DNA of 64,000 nucleotides from Candidatus Saccharimonadia bacterium. GTDB taxonomy: Bacteria; Patescibacteriota; Saccharimonadia; UBA4664. Location: the NCBI GenBank assembly GCA_041743505.1, contig JBGTMQ010000008.1:69183-133182 (forward strand). Reading direction: 5' to 3'. The notes beneath the pieces are model-generated. The model had not been told where the DNA came from, ran no database searches, and saw only the letters and a program-made list of their open reading frames with translations. Each line of letters begins with the position of its first letter. Within the stretch, counting starts at the first letter, position 1. Shown here piece by piece: positions 9,410 to 21,186 of the stretch. The translations under genes were made by a program, and so were the position numbers.

Positions 9410-11488
9410 ATGGCCCGCGAATACTCGCTCGAAAACACTCGAAATATAGGCATTATCGCCCACATCGACGCCGGTAAAACTACTACAACTGAGGGTATTC
9501 TTTACCGTACTGGTAAAACCCATAAGATCGGTGAGGTCCACCAGGGCGAGGCCACCATGGACTGGATGGAGCAGGAGCGCGAGCGTGGCATCACCATTAC
9601 ATCAGCCGCCACTACCTGTTTCTGGAAGGGTAAGCGCATCAACATCATCGACACCCCCGGCCACATCGACTTTACCGTCGAAGTCGAGCGCAGTCTTCGT
9701 GTACTCGACGGCGCTGTCACAGTTTTCGACGGCAAGATGGGCGTGGAACCACAGTCCGAAACTGTTTGGCGACAGGCTGACAAGTACGGCGTTCCGCGTA
9801 TTTGCTTTATTAACAAAATCAACCAGACCGGCGGTGACTTCTACAAGAGCCTCGACAGCATCCACGAGCGCCTGAGCAAGCGCGCCTACGCCATCCACCT
9901 CCCAATCGGCTTTGAGCAGACAATCAATGGCGTCATCGATCTCATCGAAATGAAAGCCTACACCTACAAAGACTACAAAGACCACGAACTCATCGAAGGC
10001 GAAATCCCCGAGGACATGAAGGACAGGGCTGAACGCTACCGCCAGCACCTGGTCGAAGCCGCCGTCGAAGCCGATGATGAACTCATGGAAAAGTACCTCG
10101 AAGGCCACGTCCTAACAACTGACGAGCTCAAATCAGCCATCCGCAAGAGCGTCCTGACCGGCCAATTCTTTGCCGTTACCGGTGGTGATGGCCGCGGTGT
10201 CATCGTCGAGAAGCTCCTCGACGCCATGGTCGACTTCCTGCCCAACCCGCTCGACATTGGCTCAGTCTGGGGCACCGACCCCAAGACCGGCGACGAAATC
10301 GAGCGCAAGCCTTCCGACTCTGAGCCATTTTCCGCCCTGGCCTTCAAAATTGCCACTGACCCGTTCATCGGTAAATTGGCCTTCTTCCGTGTCTATTCCG
10401 GCATCGTCAAAAGCGGTTCCTACATCCTCAACGCCTCAACTGGTGAAAAGGAGCGTATCGGCCGTCTCGTCTTAATGCACGCTAACTCCCGCGAAGAAGT
10501 CCAGGAAGTCCACGCCGGCGAAATTGCTGCCGCTGTCGGCCTCAAGAACACGACCACCGGTCACACTCTGACCGACCTCGATCACCCGGTCATTCTCGAA
10601 AGCATCGTCTTCCCCGAGCCGGTTATTTCCATTGCTGTTGAGCCTAAAACTAAAGCCGACCAGGAAAAGATGGGTACCGCTCTCCAGCGCCTAGCCGAAG
10701 AAGACCCCACCTTCCGCGTACGCACCGACGAAGAAACCGCTCAAACCCTCATTAGCGGCATGGGCGAGCTCCACCTCGACATTATCGTCGACCGCATGAA
10801 GCGTGAGTTCAAGGTCGAAGCCAATGTTGGTAAACCCCAGGTTGCCTACCGTGAAACCATCAAAAAGACCGTTCAGGTCCAGGGCAAATTCGTGCGCCAA
10901 AGTGGTGGTCGTGGTCAGTACGGTGACGTCTGGCTCGAAGTATCGCCCAACGAAATGGGCGGCGGTTTTGTCTGGGATAACGCCATCGTCGGCGGTGTCG
11001 TCCCACGCGAGTACATCAACCCGACCGAACAGGGCGTCAAAGAAGCCATGCAAAACGGCGTGCTTGCCGGCTACCCGGTCGTGGACCTCAAGGTCAAGCT
11101 CTACGACGGCTCCTACCACGACGTTGACTCCAGCGAAATGGCCTTCAAAATTGCCGGCTCCATGGCTCTCCAGGAAGGCGTCCGCAAAGCCGACCCGATC
11201 ATTCTTGAGCCAGTCATGAAAGTTGAGGTTGTCGTCCCCGAAGAGTACATGGGTGACGTCATCGGCGATCTCAACTCCAAGCGCGGCCGTATCGAAAGCA
11301 TGGAAGACCGCTCCGGCGCCAAAGTCATCGCCGCCATGGTGCCACTGGCCGAGATGTTCGGCTACACCACCAGCTTGCGCTCCATGACCCAAGGCCGCGG
11401 CTCAAACTCCATGCAGTTCGACCACTACGAAGAAGTACCTCGCAACGTCGCTGAAGAGATTATCTCCAAGCGCGCCGCTAAAGCCTAA
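9410..11488 (+). CDS. fusA: elongation factor G
   Basis: [18 protein letters not shown]1 motif, DTPGHIDF, ~690 aa. The track ORF starts at 9347; MAREYS at 9410 is the likely true start, with AAAGGA upstream. Confidence 0.95.
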   Translation: MAREYSLENTRNIGIIAHIDAGKTTTTEGILYRTGKTHKIGEVHQGEATMDWMEQERERGITITSAATTCFWKGKRINIIDTPGHIDFTVEVERSLRVLDGAVTVFDGKMGVEPQSETVWRQADKYGVPRICFINKINQTGGDFYKSLDSIHERLSKRAYAIHLPIGFEQTINGVIDLIEMKAYTYKDYKDHELIEGEIPEDMKDRAERYRQHLVEAAVEADDELMEKYLEGHVLTTDELKSAIRKSVLTGQFFAVTGGDGRGVIVEKLLDAMVDFLPNPLDIGSVWGTDPKTGDEIERKPSDSEPFSALAFKIATDPFIGKLAFFRVYSGIVKSGSYILNASTGEKERIGRLVLMHANSREEVQEVHAGEIAAAVGLKNTTTGHTLTDLDHPVILESIVFPEPVISIAVEPKTKADQEKMGTALQRLAEEDPTFRVRTDEETAQTLISGMGELHLDIIVDRMKREFKVEANVGKPQVAYRETIKKTVQVQGKFVRQSGGRGQYGDVWLEVSPNEMGGGFVWDNAIVGGVVPREYINPTEQGVKEAMQNGVLAGYPVVDLKVKLYDGSYHDVDSSEMAFKIAGSMALQEGVRKADPIILEPVMKVEVVVPEEYMGDVIGDLNSKRGRIESMEDRSGAKVIAAMVPLAEMFGYTTSLRSMTQGRGSNSMQFDHYEEVPRNVAEEIISKRAAKA

Positions 11489-11509
11489 CCGGTTACGGCC
11501 TACACGATC

Positions 11510-11537
11510 AGACCCGCACCTGGCGGGTCTTTTTGTT
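11510..11537 (+). terminator. rho-independent terminator after fusA
   Basis: AGACCCGC-acctg-GCGGGTCT followed by TTTTTGTT. Confidence 0.7.
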
Positions 11538-11539
11538 GG

Positions 11540-12286
11540 ATAAATTATTGCGCCCGCATGGGTTAATTGATAAAATTCTCAAACGCACGCTCAAGCGCGC
11601 TAAGTTGTGAGACTGGTTCGCCAGGAGCGCTGGCCTTCCGCGTTTGCTCACACCAGTTCCGAGCCGCTGACACGGCTCGGAACTGGCTACTGGAAAGAAG
11701 GCGCCTTGCTGTTGCGGTCAAGGCAGCCGGCACGCGTAGGTTCTAACCCCCCACCTCCGCGCATAAGCCGGCTCAAGCTTTCCTTGTAATATTCGAGACG
11801 GAGTCTGGATACTTGATGCGGGTAATCCAGACTCCTGGGCCGGAACCGGCTGTACGCTGCGTCGGAAGCAATGATCATGCGCTATCAATACTGCCAGTCT
11901 GCAGCTGGCTGCGGCGCAGCGTTTCATAGCAGCCATCGCGCACCCGGTTCCGGCCGCCAAGGTCGTGCGTTTGGTGATCGCCTCATCGCCAAAAACGCAC
12001 GCGGCGGGTGGACAGATTCACCCGCCAATCAAGGCGCATACTCCGATCCGCTTCTCGCCGGCGAGATGCGCCCATAGGGCGGAACGGCGTTAACCCCCAG
12101 CCGTTCCGCCCCCTTTCGCAAAACCACAGACCGGTTCACCTCGAGCCCACCATCGGCGAGGTGAACCTAGGGCGGGGCGGTAGCTTCCGCCACGTAACAC
12201 CACTACCGCCCCACCCGCCTTTCCTTGCTCCATCTAGTTCCGGATAGAGCATAGCCCGGTTAACAGCCGGGCTACTCCTTTTTAAG
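11540..12286 (+). other. ~750-nt GC-rich non-coding structured element between fusA and tuf (candidate ncRNA, unidentified)
   Basis: No credible ORF. Perfect 14-bp hairpin 11653-11686 and 11-bp hairpin 12078-12110. A ~14-bp imperfect stem lies at 12169-12217. The region ends in a hairpin plus T-run at 12251-12286. Confidence 0.35.
12251..12286 (+). terminator. putative rho-independent terminator closing the fusA-tuf non-coding element
   Basis: AGCCCGG-ttaacag-CCGGGCT followed by ACTCCTTTTTAA, immediately upstream of the tuf promoter. Confidence 0.5.
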
Positions 12287-12289
12287 GGC

Positions 12290-12319
12290 TTTACAATGAG
12301 GGCTCTCTCTGCCTATAAT
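12290..12319 (+). promoter_or_regulatory. sigma-70-type promoter for tuf
   Basis: TTTACA (12290-12295), 18-nt spacer, TATAAT (12314-12319). AAAGGAG RBS at 12476-12482. Confidence 0.55.
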
Positions 12320-12487
12320 ATGGAGGTTCCCGGTGGGAGGTATTTTTTATGTTAAAATGCTTTTCACTCAAAATGACAATAAATTGGTTCCCGAGGTAGA
12401 TAGCTAATGCGGCGCCTTTTCCGGCCTCCCGCGTGGCAGAGCTGCCACATTAACTCTTAACTAAACGGAATCACTAAAGGAGTATCA

Positions 12488-13669
<1,182 letters not shown>

Positions 13670-13693
13670 TTTAAGTATCCATCAGTTAATACC

Positions 13694-13726
13694 AAAAAAC
13701 GGGCCTCTCGGTCCGTTTTTTGGTAT
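13694..13726 (+). terminator. rho-independent terminator after tuf
   Basis: AAAAAACGGGCC-tctc-GGTCCGTTTTTT, a 12-bp stem followed by a T-run. Confidence 0.8.
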
Positions 13727-13783
13727 TTTACGAATATCATGGCATAATCGAGGCGGGTATGTACCTTCTATCGAGGAGCTAAC

Positions 13784-14185
13784 ATGATTCTCACGCTTGT
13801 ACTGGACGGCTCGCCATCGAATGTCATGGCGTTGGTGAGTATCGTCGCTACCCACGAAAACGCGCTGCCGGTGAAGGTTACAATGTCCATGGAGGCTCAA
13901 CCACCCGAGTATGATAGCGGGCTTGGCCCACAGGATATCCTGGCCATGCCAATCGAGGACCTGGACTTGTCAGTCCGGGCCTATAACAATATCAAGAGGG
14001 CTGAACTCGACACACTGCGTGATCTTGTAGCGTGGACACGCGCAGAGATTGCCATGTTAGGCCATAATGATGACCATGCAACTGGGATGAATGACCAGGC
14101 AACTACCGAGGTTGTCGAAAGGTTGACTCGGTACGGGCTCAGTCTTACGCCCGAACCCAAGTCACCAGCCGCCAGGGCCAAGTAA
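13784..14185 (+). CDS. stand-alone RNA polymerase alpha-subunit C-terminal-domain (alphaCTD)-like protein
   Basis: IEDLDLSVRAYNNIKRAELDTLRDLVAWTRAEIAMLGHN...TTEVVERLTRYGLSL aligns with the alphaCTD helix-hairpin-helix (E. coli [59 protein letters not shown]). The bona fide rpoA lies at 34778. Confidence 0.6.
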   Translation: MILTLVLDGSPSNVMALVSIVATHENALPVKVTMSMEAQPPEYDSGLGPQDILAMPIEDLDLSVRAYNNIKRAELDTLRDLVAWTRAEIAMLGHNDDHATGMNDQATTEVVERLTRYGLSLTPEPKSPAARAK

Positions 14186-14234
14186 TGGCTATCCGAGTTC
14201 TTTCACAATCCAACTTCTGAAGATTGGACGCAGC

Positions 14235-14975
14235 ATGCCGGGCATCCACGACATCAACCCCATTGAACGCAAAATTCTCATCGCCAATCTCACCCAGTGT
14301 CTTGGCACCATGATGCTGGAGCACCAACAAAGTTTGCTTGAGTACTTTGTCGACGCCTTGCTCTCCTGTGGGGTCAAGCCCGAAGAGGTAATTTTCTACC
14401 GCCGTGACCCTTCCGGCACTGAATGGCACGGCATCCAACTTGGGAGCGGCCAAAGCTTCGGTCTCGGCGTTATTCACCAAGCCAGCGTACCTCGCTGGCT
14501 TGGTCTACGCATTGAAGCCCGGTCGATCAACTGTTTAGACGGGTCCTGGCTGTTCAGCTGGGATACGGTTCGAAACTGCCTTCGAGTCTCACGCAATAAC
14601 GAGCAAGACCATATCAAAAAGCCAGGGCTTGAGCACATCGTTAGTATTCTCGAGGATATTGTCGATGGGCCCCAGGTCAGCCGAAGCTTTTTGCTTCACT
14701 GGCTCAAGACCAAGCGTCAGTTAACCGACAAAGAGCTGGAGCAACAAAGCAATGTTGTTGATGCTTTCATCCGGTCAGCAGTGCTGCTCGGTTTAGGGCC
14801 CAAGCTACAGCCACTGACTGCGAACTCGTACGGTTTCGACCAAGGTATCTGGCATTGGCGCCGCACTCTCAAGCTAATGGTCGTAGGCTCCAACCGCCTG
14901 CTCCTCACCAGCCAAGGCCTACCGGTATCAAGCGCAGACACAGGGAGGAGATATGACGAGCTCACCCACAACTAG
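14235..14975 (+). CDS. hypothetical protein (246 aa)
   Basis: Long ORF in operon-like position. No recognisable motif. Confidence 0.45.
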   Translation: MPGIHDINPIERKILIANLTQCLGTMMLEHQQSLLEYFVDALLSCGVKPEEVIFYRRDPSGTEWHGIQLGSGQSFGLGVIHQASVPRWLGLRIEARSINCLDGSWLFSWDTVRNCLRVSRNNEQDHIKKPGLEHIVSILEDIVDGPQVSRSFLLHWLKTKRQLTDKELEQQSNVVDAFIRSAVLLGLGPKLQPLTANSYGFDQGIWHWRRTLKLMVVGSNRLLLTSQGLPVSSADTGRRYDELTHN

Positions 14976-15876
14976 CGGACTCGATATCGGAGCGCTTAAC
15001 GGGCATGCCGTCGGAATCATTCTCAAAGAACTAGTCCGGCGGGCCATGCGAATCATTCAAGCCAAAAGGCTAATCTTCGAGGCCAGAGCCAAGGACTCAC
15101 CGGGACGTCCAGACGACCTGGTAACCGATGCAGACGAAGCAGCTCAAGATAGATACGTCACTAGCCTGAAAGAGTGTTTTCCCGGCTTCGGCATCATCGC
15201 CGAAGAACATGATCACCGCGAACCTTGCACCATACCCGGCCGACAGCTCTATGCCATCATCGACCCGCTCGACGGCACCAAAGCCTTCGGTCGCCGGCAA
15301 TCAACCGGCGTTGCCACGCAGATCGCACTGGTTGATTTCGACACCGGACAGGTGTTATCGGCCTTCGTTGGCGACATCAACACCGGCGAGATCTACGGCT
15401 ATCGCCCAGATTCAATCAACGTCCACCGAATCACCGATCTGGTGCATTCGGAAAAATTGTCCGCGATCGGTCGGGGCCAACCGCTGACTAAGCAAGTTGC
15501 TATTCTTCGGGAACACCCCAGCACCTACAGTTGGCTTATTCGCCGCCTGGTCTCGCCGGCAACCAATGGCCTGGTCAAACATATCCTCATCGACAACGGC
15601 AGCATGTCGGTAATGTTTGCCAGACTCTGGAAAGGGGAAGTCGGCCTGCTCGTAAACGAGCCGTACAACGACACGCCCTGGGATTGTGCCCCTGTATTTG
15701 GTATCAGTCACACACTTGGGTTCGTCGCCCTTGCGCCAGATCCAAAGCGGGCGACCTTCGAGCCCTTCAGCGCCATCACCCCGCGTGAGGTTCGCTGGCG
15801 GAGTCATGAGGTCGTCTGGGTACATCAGACCCGCTTAGCCGAACTGCAGAGCTGGGCTGCCCGCCAACACATCTAG
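14953..15876 (+). CDS. inositol monophosphatase / CysQ family phosphatase
   Basis: VTDADEAAQ and IIDPLDGTKAF metal-binding motifs. Confidence 0.85.
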   Translation: MTSSPTTSGLDIGALNGHAVGIILKELVRRAMRIIQAKRLIFEARAKDSPGRPDDLVTDADEAAQDRYVTSLKECFPGFGIIAEEHDHREPCTIPGRQLYAIIDPLDGTKAFGRRQSTGVATQIALVDFDTGQVLSAFVGDINTGEIYGYRPDSINVHRITDLVHSEKLSAIGRGQPLTKQVAILREHPSTYSWLIRRLVSPATNGLVKHILIDNGSMSVMFARLWKGEVGLLVNEPYNDTPWDCAPVFGISHTLGFVALAPDPKRATFEPFSAITPREVRWRSHEVVWVHQTRLAELQSWAARQHI

Positions 15877-15889
15877 CTATCTACACCCC

Positions 15890-15931
15890 ATAGGGGCTCG
15901 CACATCCAGTGCGAGCCCCTATTTGACTTTT
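15890..15931 (+). terminator. rho-independent terminator after the IMPase-family gene
   Basis: ATAGGGGCTCGCAC-atcca-GTGCGAGCCCCTAT followed by TTGACTTTTG. Confidence 0.7.
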
Positions 15932-15998
15932 GACCTCGTCTCTGCTTAAATCAAACCCAGCAAATGACTAATTAATATGATCGAAAGATAGTACCCCC

Positions 15999-16325
15999 AT
16001 GGCCACAGCCGCAACCGAGAGTAAGCAACGTATTCGTATCCGTCTTAAGGCCTATGACTCCAAGGTCATCGACCAAAGTGCCAAACAAATTATTGAAACC
16101 GCAATCCGTACCGGCGCTACCGTTGCCGGACCTATTCCGCTCCCCACCGAGCGCAATGTCACAACCGTACTTCGCAGCCCGCATGTCTACAAAGACGCCC
16201 GCGAGCAATTCGAAATGCGAACCCACAAGCGCCTCATCGATCTCACCGATCCCACCCCCAAAACCATCGATGCCCTCATGAATCTCAACCTTCCGGCCGG
16301 CGTCGATATCGAAATCAAAATGTAA
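15999..16325 (+). CDS. rpsJ: 30S ribosomal protein S10
   Basis: [26 protein letters not shown]...[39 protein letters not shown]. Confidence 0.95.
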   Translation: MATAATESKQRIRIRLKAYDSKVIDQSAKQIIETAIRTGATVAGPIPLPTERNVTTVLRSPHVYKDAREQFEMRTHKRLIDLTDPTPKTIDALMNLNLPAGVDIEIKM

Positions 16326-16402
16326 TTCTAGCTCGTCGAGGGCCCCCGCAAGGGGGCTTTTGAGTAAGAAAAACATTCGAAAACATAACTCACTTCTTAG
16401 CT

Positions 16403-17326
16403 ATGAACCCAAACTTATACATTCGATATATCCCAGTTGACGGCTCGACCGAGATCCCAATGGGTCAACTTGCGCGATCTCTTGAAGGCTTCGAGCAGGT
16501 GTTTCTTGAAATCGCAAAACTTTCTAAGATCAAGGGGGAGATGTCGGTATATGCGGCAGGCAGTGAGCGTGGCTCAGTCCTTATCCCTACTATCATACAA
16601 ATCATTACAAGCGGTCTACCTTTTGCAGATGTAAATCCTTTCTTAAATTTTCTAAAAGTAGCTGACCCTACAAGATATAAAGGTGCACTTGAGTTTTTAG
16701 GGACAGGGCACCGGACACTTAACGACTATTTTGCAAAAAATCCATTGGATCAAGCTACCCTCGAAACATTACTAGGGCTTTTTGTGGGGTACCTTATAGG
16801 GCATTCTCGTGGAATAAAAAGAAACATTGGCTCGCCCGAGATCGTCTCAAGGGTTCCAGTAGCATACGTGCGACCATTGAGAAAGCTTATTCATGAAGGA
16901 CGTTATAAAAAAGCATTCTCCCCGCTTATTGATGATACGGTTGACTCTATTGAGATTGGATCCCAACCCAAATCAGTCTTAGCTGTTGTGAACGATGAGA
17001 CATTGGAGGAATATTTAGAGGACAAGGAAATAATCCTGCCCCAATTTCAAGATGGCAAGGAAGTTAGGTTAAAGGCGGAACTGGTAAGTCTACAAAGTTC
17101 AAATGGTGAACACCTTGGCATCAAGATCCATGATTCAACACGAATAGTCTTGATGGCTTATCCTATTGTGGACACAACTACGGATGAATATATCGACTAC
17201 TACAAAAAGCACATCTTGATTAATGCCGCTGTGATTCGAGGATCAATGTACAAAAAACCCAAGCTTAAGCTGCTCAGTATCAAGCTTGAGCAAGAACAAT
17301 TGCCCAGCCATGAATTGGGGCAATAG
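16403..17326 (+). CDS. hypothetical protein (307 aa)
   Basis: ORF track only. Confidence 0.45.
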   Translation: MNPNLYIRYIPVDGSTEIPMGQLARSLEGFEQVFLEIAKLSKIKGEMSVYAAGSERGSVLIPTIIQIITSGLPFADVNPFLNFLKVADPTRYKGALEFLGTGHRTLNDYFAKNPLDQATLETLLGLFVGYLIGHSRGIKRNIGSPEIVSRVPVAYVRPLRKLIHEGRYKKAFSPLIDDTVDSIEIGSQPKSVLAVVNDETLEEYLEDKEIILPQFQDGKEVRLKAELVSLQSSNGEHLGIKIHDSTRIVLMAYPIVDTTTDEYIDYYKKHILINAAVIRGSMYKKPKLKLLSIKLEQEQLPSHELGQ

Positions 17327-17819
17327 GCGACAGTATAATGACCAACGTAAACCCACGGTATAAACTCAACTAAGCTAAGCAAGGCATCTTCCATGAGCGA
17401 ACAACAGATATTCATCATACCGACAAAGCATTAAACAACGTAGTCCAACAAATCAAAGATGACCAATGGAGTATGAAGCTGCCCGACTGGTTTCAGCTTG
17501 AAAGTCCTCAAAAAGATCTGAACTTACGCGATACCGGCAAAACCATCAGCGAAGTTGGCAATAAATTATGATGGAGATCTGCTAGGGGATAACCCTAAGG
17601 CCGCTTTTGCGAATATTGTTACTACAGCCACCACAGCGGTCAAAGGTCTGGTCCAAGGACTGTGGGACGAAGTTTCCTCGAGCCGGTAGAGGTCTCATCC
17701 GATGCGCCATTGCAAAACCGGCTCCTCGGTCTGTCAGGCCGCCGTCCGTAAGTCACTTGGACGTTTGACCTAGAATGCTATACAATCTCGCAGTGAGTCC
17801 GTTCATTCAACCGTAAGGA

Positions 17820-18488
17820 GTGATGATGAAGCGGATAGCACTTTTAGTACTTGGATTCGCGTTGTTGCTAACCGGCTGCACCGGTCAGGACGTCAACCCA
17901 TCGTCAGACCAAAGAGTAGCACCGAATGCAATCAGCCCCATCGACCCCGAACCGGGTCTACCGCCTTCACCGTCAAAGCATGCCGACTGCAACGAGAAAG
18001 ACCCGCCGGCGGGCAGTATTCCTGTCGAAGGCGGCGGTTCAATTCCTATTCACCACACGACAATGATTTGCGGCGCTCCGTTTGAGGACTATGTTGATCT
18101 CACCAGTATGGCCAATGGCTTGCCCGGTTGCAAAAACGTCCCGGCCAGAACCAACCCGGATCTTGGACGGCCATGCGACTATCCACTACGGCGAGAGCCA
18201 AATTGGCGTTCGGCGGCCTACACCAAGGATGAAGTACCGTGGAGTCCAGTCGAGGGTCAATTCCTGGCTAACGGCGAGGTTAACCCACCGCTGCACATCA
18301 GGTGCCAGGTGATTGGCGGAGTTACTACGGACGACCGCGGCATTGGCTCCAATATCTGGAACCTAGTCGATGACCGCCGGCTAAAAGGCAAAATCGGCTA
18401 CCTTCCAGACACCGTCACCAGTCCAAATCACGATGGTGGCCGGGGCTGGCGGAACATTCCCTGCACCGTAGATCAACTACAGCCATAA
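17820..18488 (+). CDS. putative lipoprotein
   Basis: Signal peptide MMMKRIALLVLGFALLLTGC with an LTGC lipobox. AAGGAG RBS. Confidence 0.6.
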   Translation: MMMKRIALLVLGFALLLTGCTGQDVNPSSDQRVAPNAISPIDPEPGLPPSPSKHADCNEKDPPAGSIPVEGGGSIPIHHTTMICGAPFEDYVDLTSMANGLPGCKNVPARTNPDLGRPCDYPLRREPNWRSAAYTKDEVPWSPVEGQFLANGEVNPPLHIRCQVIGGVTTDDRGIGSNIWNLVDDRRLKGKIGYLPDTVTSPNHDGGRGWRNIPCTVDQLQP

Positions 18489-18553
18489 CCAACGACCATC
18501 AGCGGTAGAGGATTCGACCCCCTCTGCCGCTGTTTTATTTACTGGTCAGAACA

Positions 18554-18784
18554 TTAATAATCTGTGGCCATAACATGCTCGTAAGCCTCAGTGAAATCGT
18601 ACCAGCTTTGGCTGCCAAACTCATTGCGAAACGTTTCCCAGGGCTCATTCTCACCGATCCGCAACCCTAGCCGGTCGGCAATTGCCCCTAGTTCCTCGGG
18701 TTCAAGCATCTCAACCTTAGATTCAAAATCTGCCCACTGCTCGGGCGTACAGTCATTCTCAATTATTTCGCGGCTATCAATCAT
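18554..18784 (-). CDS. hypothetical small acidic protein (76 aa)
   Basis: ORF track only. Confidence 0.35.
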   Translation of the reverse strand: MIDSREIIENDCTPEQWADFESKVEMLEPEELGAIADRLGLRIGENEPWETFRNEFGSQSWYDFTEAYEHVMATDY

Positions 18785-18882
18785 AACCTAGTTGTCTCAA
18801 ATTTCACTGCAAATGTCCATAAATTTCACCAGCGAATCTTAAGTATCACTCTGCTAAGATAACCAAAACAAGGAGCGTCAAT

Positions 18883-19446
18883 ATGCGGGAAATCGAAGCG
18901 TTTGTCAGGTCCAATCAATTGTTTAGCAAATTCGTGGCTCAGATCCAAGACAACCAGTGGGACGCACCCACGCCTAACACCGAGTGGAACGTACGCGATC
19001 TAGTTGCCCATGTCGCCGATGAAAATCGCTGGATTCCGCCTATGCTAGGCGGAAAACGCATAGCCGAAGTCGCCGGTGATTTTCGAGACGATGCCTTGGG
19101 CGCCGACCCCAAAGCCGGTTGGGGCAAAAACGCTAAAGCCGCCGAGGCCAGCATTAATAAGCTAACAGATCTCGGCCATCCCGTGCATTTGTCTTATGGC
19201 GATGCACCAGCTTCCGAATACCTTCAACATATGACCATCGATCATGTCATACACAGCTGGGACCTGGCGCGGGCCATCGGTGCAGATGAACAATTGGACG
19301 AGAAGTTAATCCAGACCGTCTATGATTGGCTCGAACCCATAGCCGAAAGCTGGCGAGCCTCCGGCGCATTTGGACCAGCGGTGCCTACCCCGCCTGACGC
19401 CAGTCTGCAAACCAAGCTATTGGCCTTATCTGGACGTGAAGTCTAG
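18883..19446 (+). CDS. DinB_2 / mycothiol-maleylpyruvate-isomerase N-terminal-domain-like protein
   Basis: WNVRDLVAHVADENRWIPPMLGG... (HxxD) pattern of the DinB/YfiT four-helix family. Confidence 0.55.
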   Translation: MREIEAFVRSNQLFSKFVAQIQDNQWDAPTPNTEWNVRDLVAHVADENRWIPPMLGGKRIAEVAGDFRDDALGADPKAGWGKNAKAAEASINKLTDLGHPVHLSYGDAPASEYLQHMTIDHVIHSWDLARAIGADEQLDEKLIQTVYDWLEPIAESWRASGAFGPAVPTPPDASLQTKLLALSGREV

Positions 19447-19567
19447 TCGTGTTTAGCATTATTTACAAGTTAATATTGACTGTCAACAAAATATTGTAAG
19501 AATAACCAATAACACAACACCCTTCGGTCAATATGATAATAGCGGCACCTAACGCTGGGAGGACATT

Positions 19568-19840
19568 ATGGAATATCGGGATCAAAACGAGTACGAGCGT
19601 CGCATTGAAATAATTCACGAGATCGCTACACAGCACCCCGAACTTCTAAAGTCAATCACGGCTGAGGACCGCGAGCAGCTGCAGAAATACTTCCTTGATG
19701 CCAGAAAGCAACCCAAGCGGACTGAATACCGGCACAATCTCATCAAAGAAACCCCAACCATCGAGCTATCAGCTAATAAAGCCTATGAACGGTTCCTGGC
19801 TGAAGCCGGCTTACCGGAAACATTGCCTCACCAATCGTAA
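19568..19840 (+). CDS. hypothetical protein (90 aa)
   Basis: ORF track only. Confidence 0.35.
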   Translation: MEYRDQNEYERRIEIIHEIATQHPELLKSITAEDREQLQKYFLDARKQPKRTEYRHNLIKETPTIELSANKAYERFLAEAGLPETLPHQS

Positions 19841-19891
19841 ATACTACCCAATCTGCATACAAAAACCGAACAAGGATGTATAATCATTAGC

Positions 19892-21106
19892 ATGAATCTA
19901 TTCGGTGAAGCACAGCGGCCGTTGGCTGACCGGGTCCGCCCGCGCACGCTCGACGAGTTTATCGGTCAGGCTCAAATAGTGGGGGAGGGCCAGTTCTTGC
20001 GCACTCTCATCCAGAGTGGCCAGCCGACCTCGCTCATTCTCTGGGGCCCACCTGGCACCGGCAAGACTACCCTAGCCCGGATCATTGCCGCTGGTGGCGA
20101 CTTTGCCTTTGAGGAAATATCGGCCGTCACCAGCGGCTTACCCGACGTCAAAAAGGTCATTGAGCGCGCAGCCCAGCGGCGCAAAGTCGGCCAAAGCACC
20201 GTGTTGTTCGTTGACGAAATTCACCGCTTCAACAAGGCCCAACAAGACGCCTTCTTGCCACACATGGAAAATGGCACCATTATACTCATCGGCGCCACGA
20301 CCGAGAACCCATCGTTCGAGGTCATCGGACCGTTGCTCTCGCGCAGCCGCGTCGTGGTGCTAGAATCACTCAGCCCCGACCAGTTAACGGCCATTGTTGA
20401 ACGGGGTATGCGAGAGTTGGATGGCAAAACCATCGAGCCCGAAGCCGCCCGCCTGCTGGCCGAGCTGGCCGGCGGCGATGCCCGCGTGGCCTTAGGCGGC
20501 CTGGAGACCGCCGCCGGCCTAGCCGATAGCATCACCCCCGACACCATCAAGCAAGCCATGCAAAAAACCAGCCTCAAATACGACAAAGGCGGTGAATACC
20601 ATTACAATCTCATCTCGGCCTTCATCAAGTCCATGCGTGGCGGGGCAGTCGACGCAGCCTTGTTTTACCTGGCCCGCATGCTTGAAGCCGGCGAAGATCC
20701 CAAGTTTATTGCCCGCCGTATAGTTATCTTCGCCTCCGAGGACGTCGGGCTGGCCGATAACACCATGCTTCCCCTGGCCGTGAGCACGTTTCAGGCTATC
20801 GAACGAATCGGCCTACCGGAGGGACGCATTATTTTGAGCCAGGCCACCATTGCCATGGCCAGATCCCCCAAAAACCGCGACGCCTACGACGCCATCGCTG
20901 CCGCCACCACTGCCGTCCGTGACAACCCATCAGCCGAGGTGCCCCTACATTTGCGCAATGCGCCCACCGGTCTCATGAAACAACTCGAATATGGCAAAGG
21001 CTACCAATGGAAGCCAGGGTTTGAGCATGAGCAGGGCTTTTTGCCAAAAGAGCTGACCAATCAGCATTTTTACCGCCCACATCCAGACAAACGGGCGGCT
21101 TTGTGA
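19892..21106 (+). CDS. rarA: replication-associated recombination protein A (AAA+ ATPase RarA/MgsA)
   Basis: LILWGPPGTGKTTLARIIA Walker A, VLFVDEIHRFNKAQQDAFLPHMENG, 404 aa. Confidence 0.9.
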   Translation: MNLFGEAQRPLADRVRPRTLDEFIGQAQIVGEGQFLRTLIQSGQPTSLILWGPPGTGKTTLARIIAAGGDFAFEEISAVTSGLPDVKKVIERAAQRRKVGQSTVLFVDEIHRFNKAQQDAFLPHMENGTIILIGATTENPSFEVIGPLLSRSRVVVLESLSPDQLTAIVERGMRELDGKTIEPEAARLLAELAGGDARVALGGLETAAGLADSITPDTIKQAMQKTSLKYDKGGEYHYNLISAFIKSMRGGAVDAALFYLARMLEAGEDPKFIARRIVIFASEDVGLADNTMLPLAVSTFQAIERIGLPEGRIILSQATIAMARSPKNRDAYDAIAAATTAVRDNPSAEVPLHLRNAPTGLMKQLEYGKGYQWKPGFEHEQGFLPKELTNQHFYRPHPDKRAAL

Positions 21107-21186
21107 GTTCTAACAAAGCCGCCCTGCCATCTGGTACTCTATGCTTCAGACGCTAGTATTCTCATTATCGTCGCTAAGGAGGCAAC

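Noticed and set aside
10691-11392. 233-aa antisense ORF inside fusA; similar long antisense ORFs occur inside tuf (12832-13392), PEPCK (7102-7662) and the GDH-like gene (8726-9256)
   Set aside because: They lie entirely within strongly supported, well-conserved genes on the opposite strand. The repetitive Gly/Ala/Val/Arg-rich translations are typical shadow ORFs of GC-rich coding DNA.
11538-12286. Attempted identification of the fusA-tuf spacer as RNase P RNA, tmRNA or SRP RNA
   Set aside because: By eye I found GGAAAG and CCGGCUUAU-like strings on the minus strand but not the P4/P10-12 signature blocks (e.g. GGUAAGAGCGCACC). I found no tRNA-like GGTTCGAATCC...CCA terminus and no GGAA-tetraloop SRP domain. 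The region is kept as an unidentified structured element.
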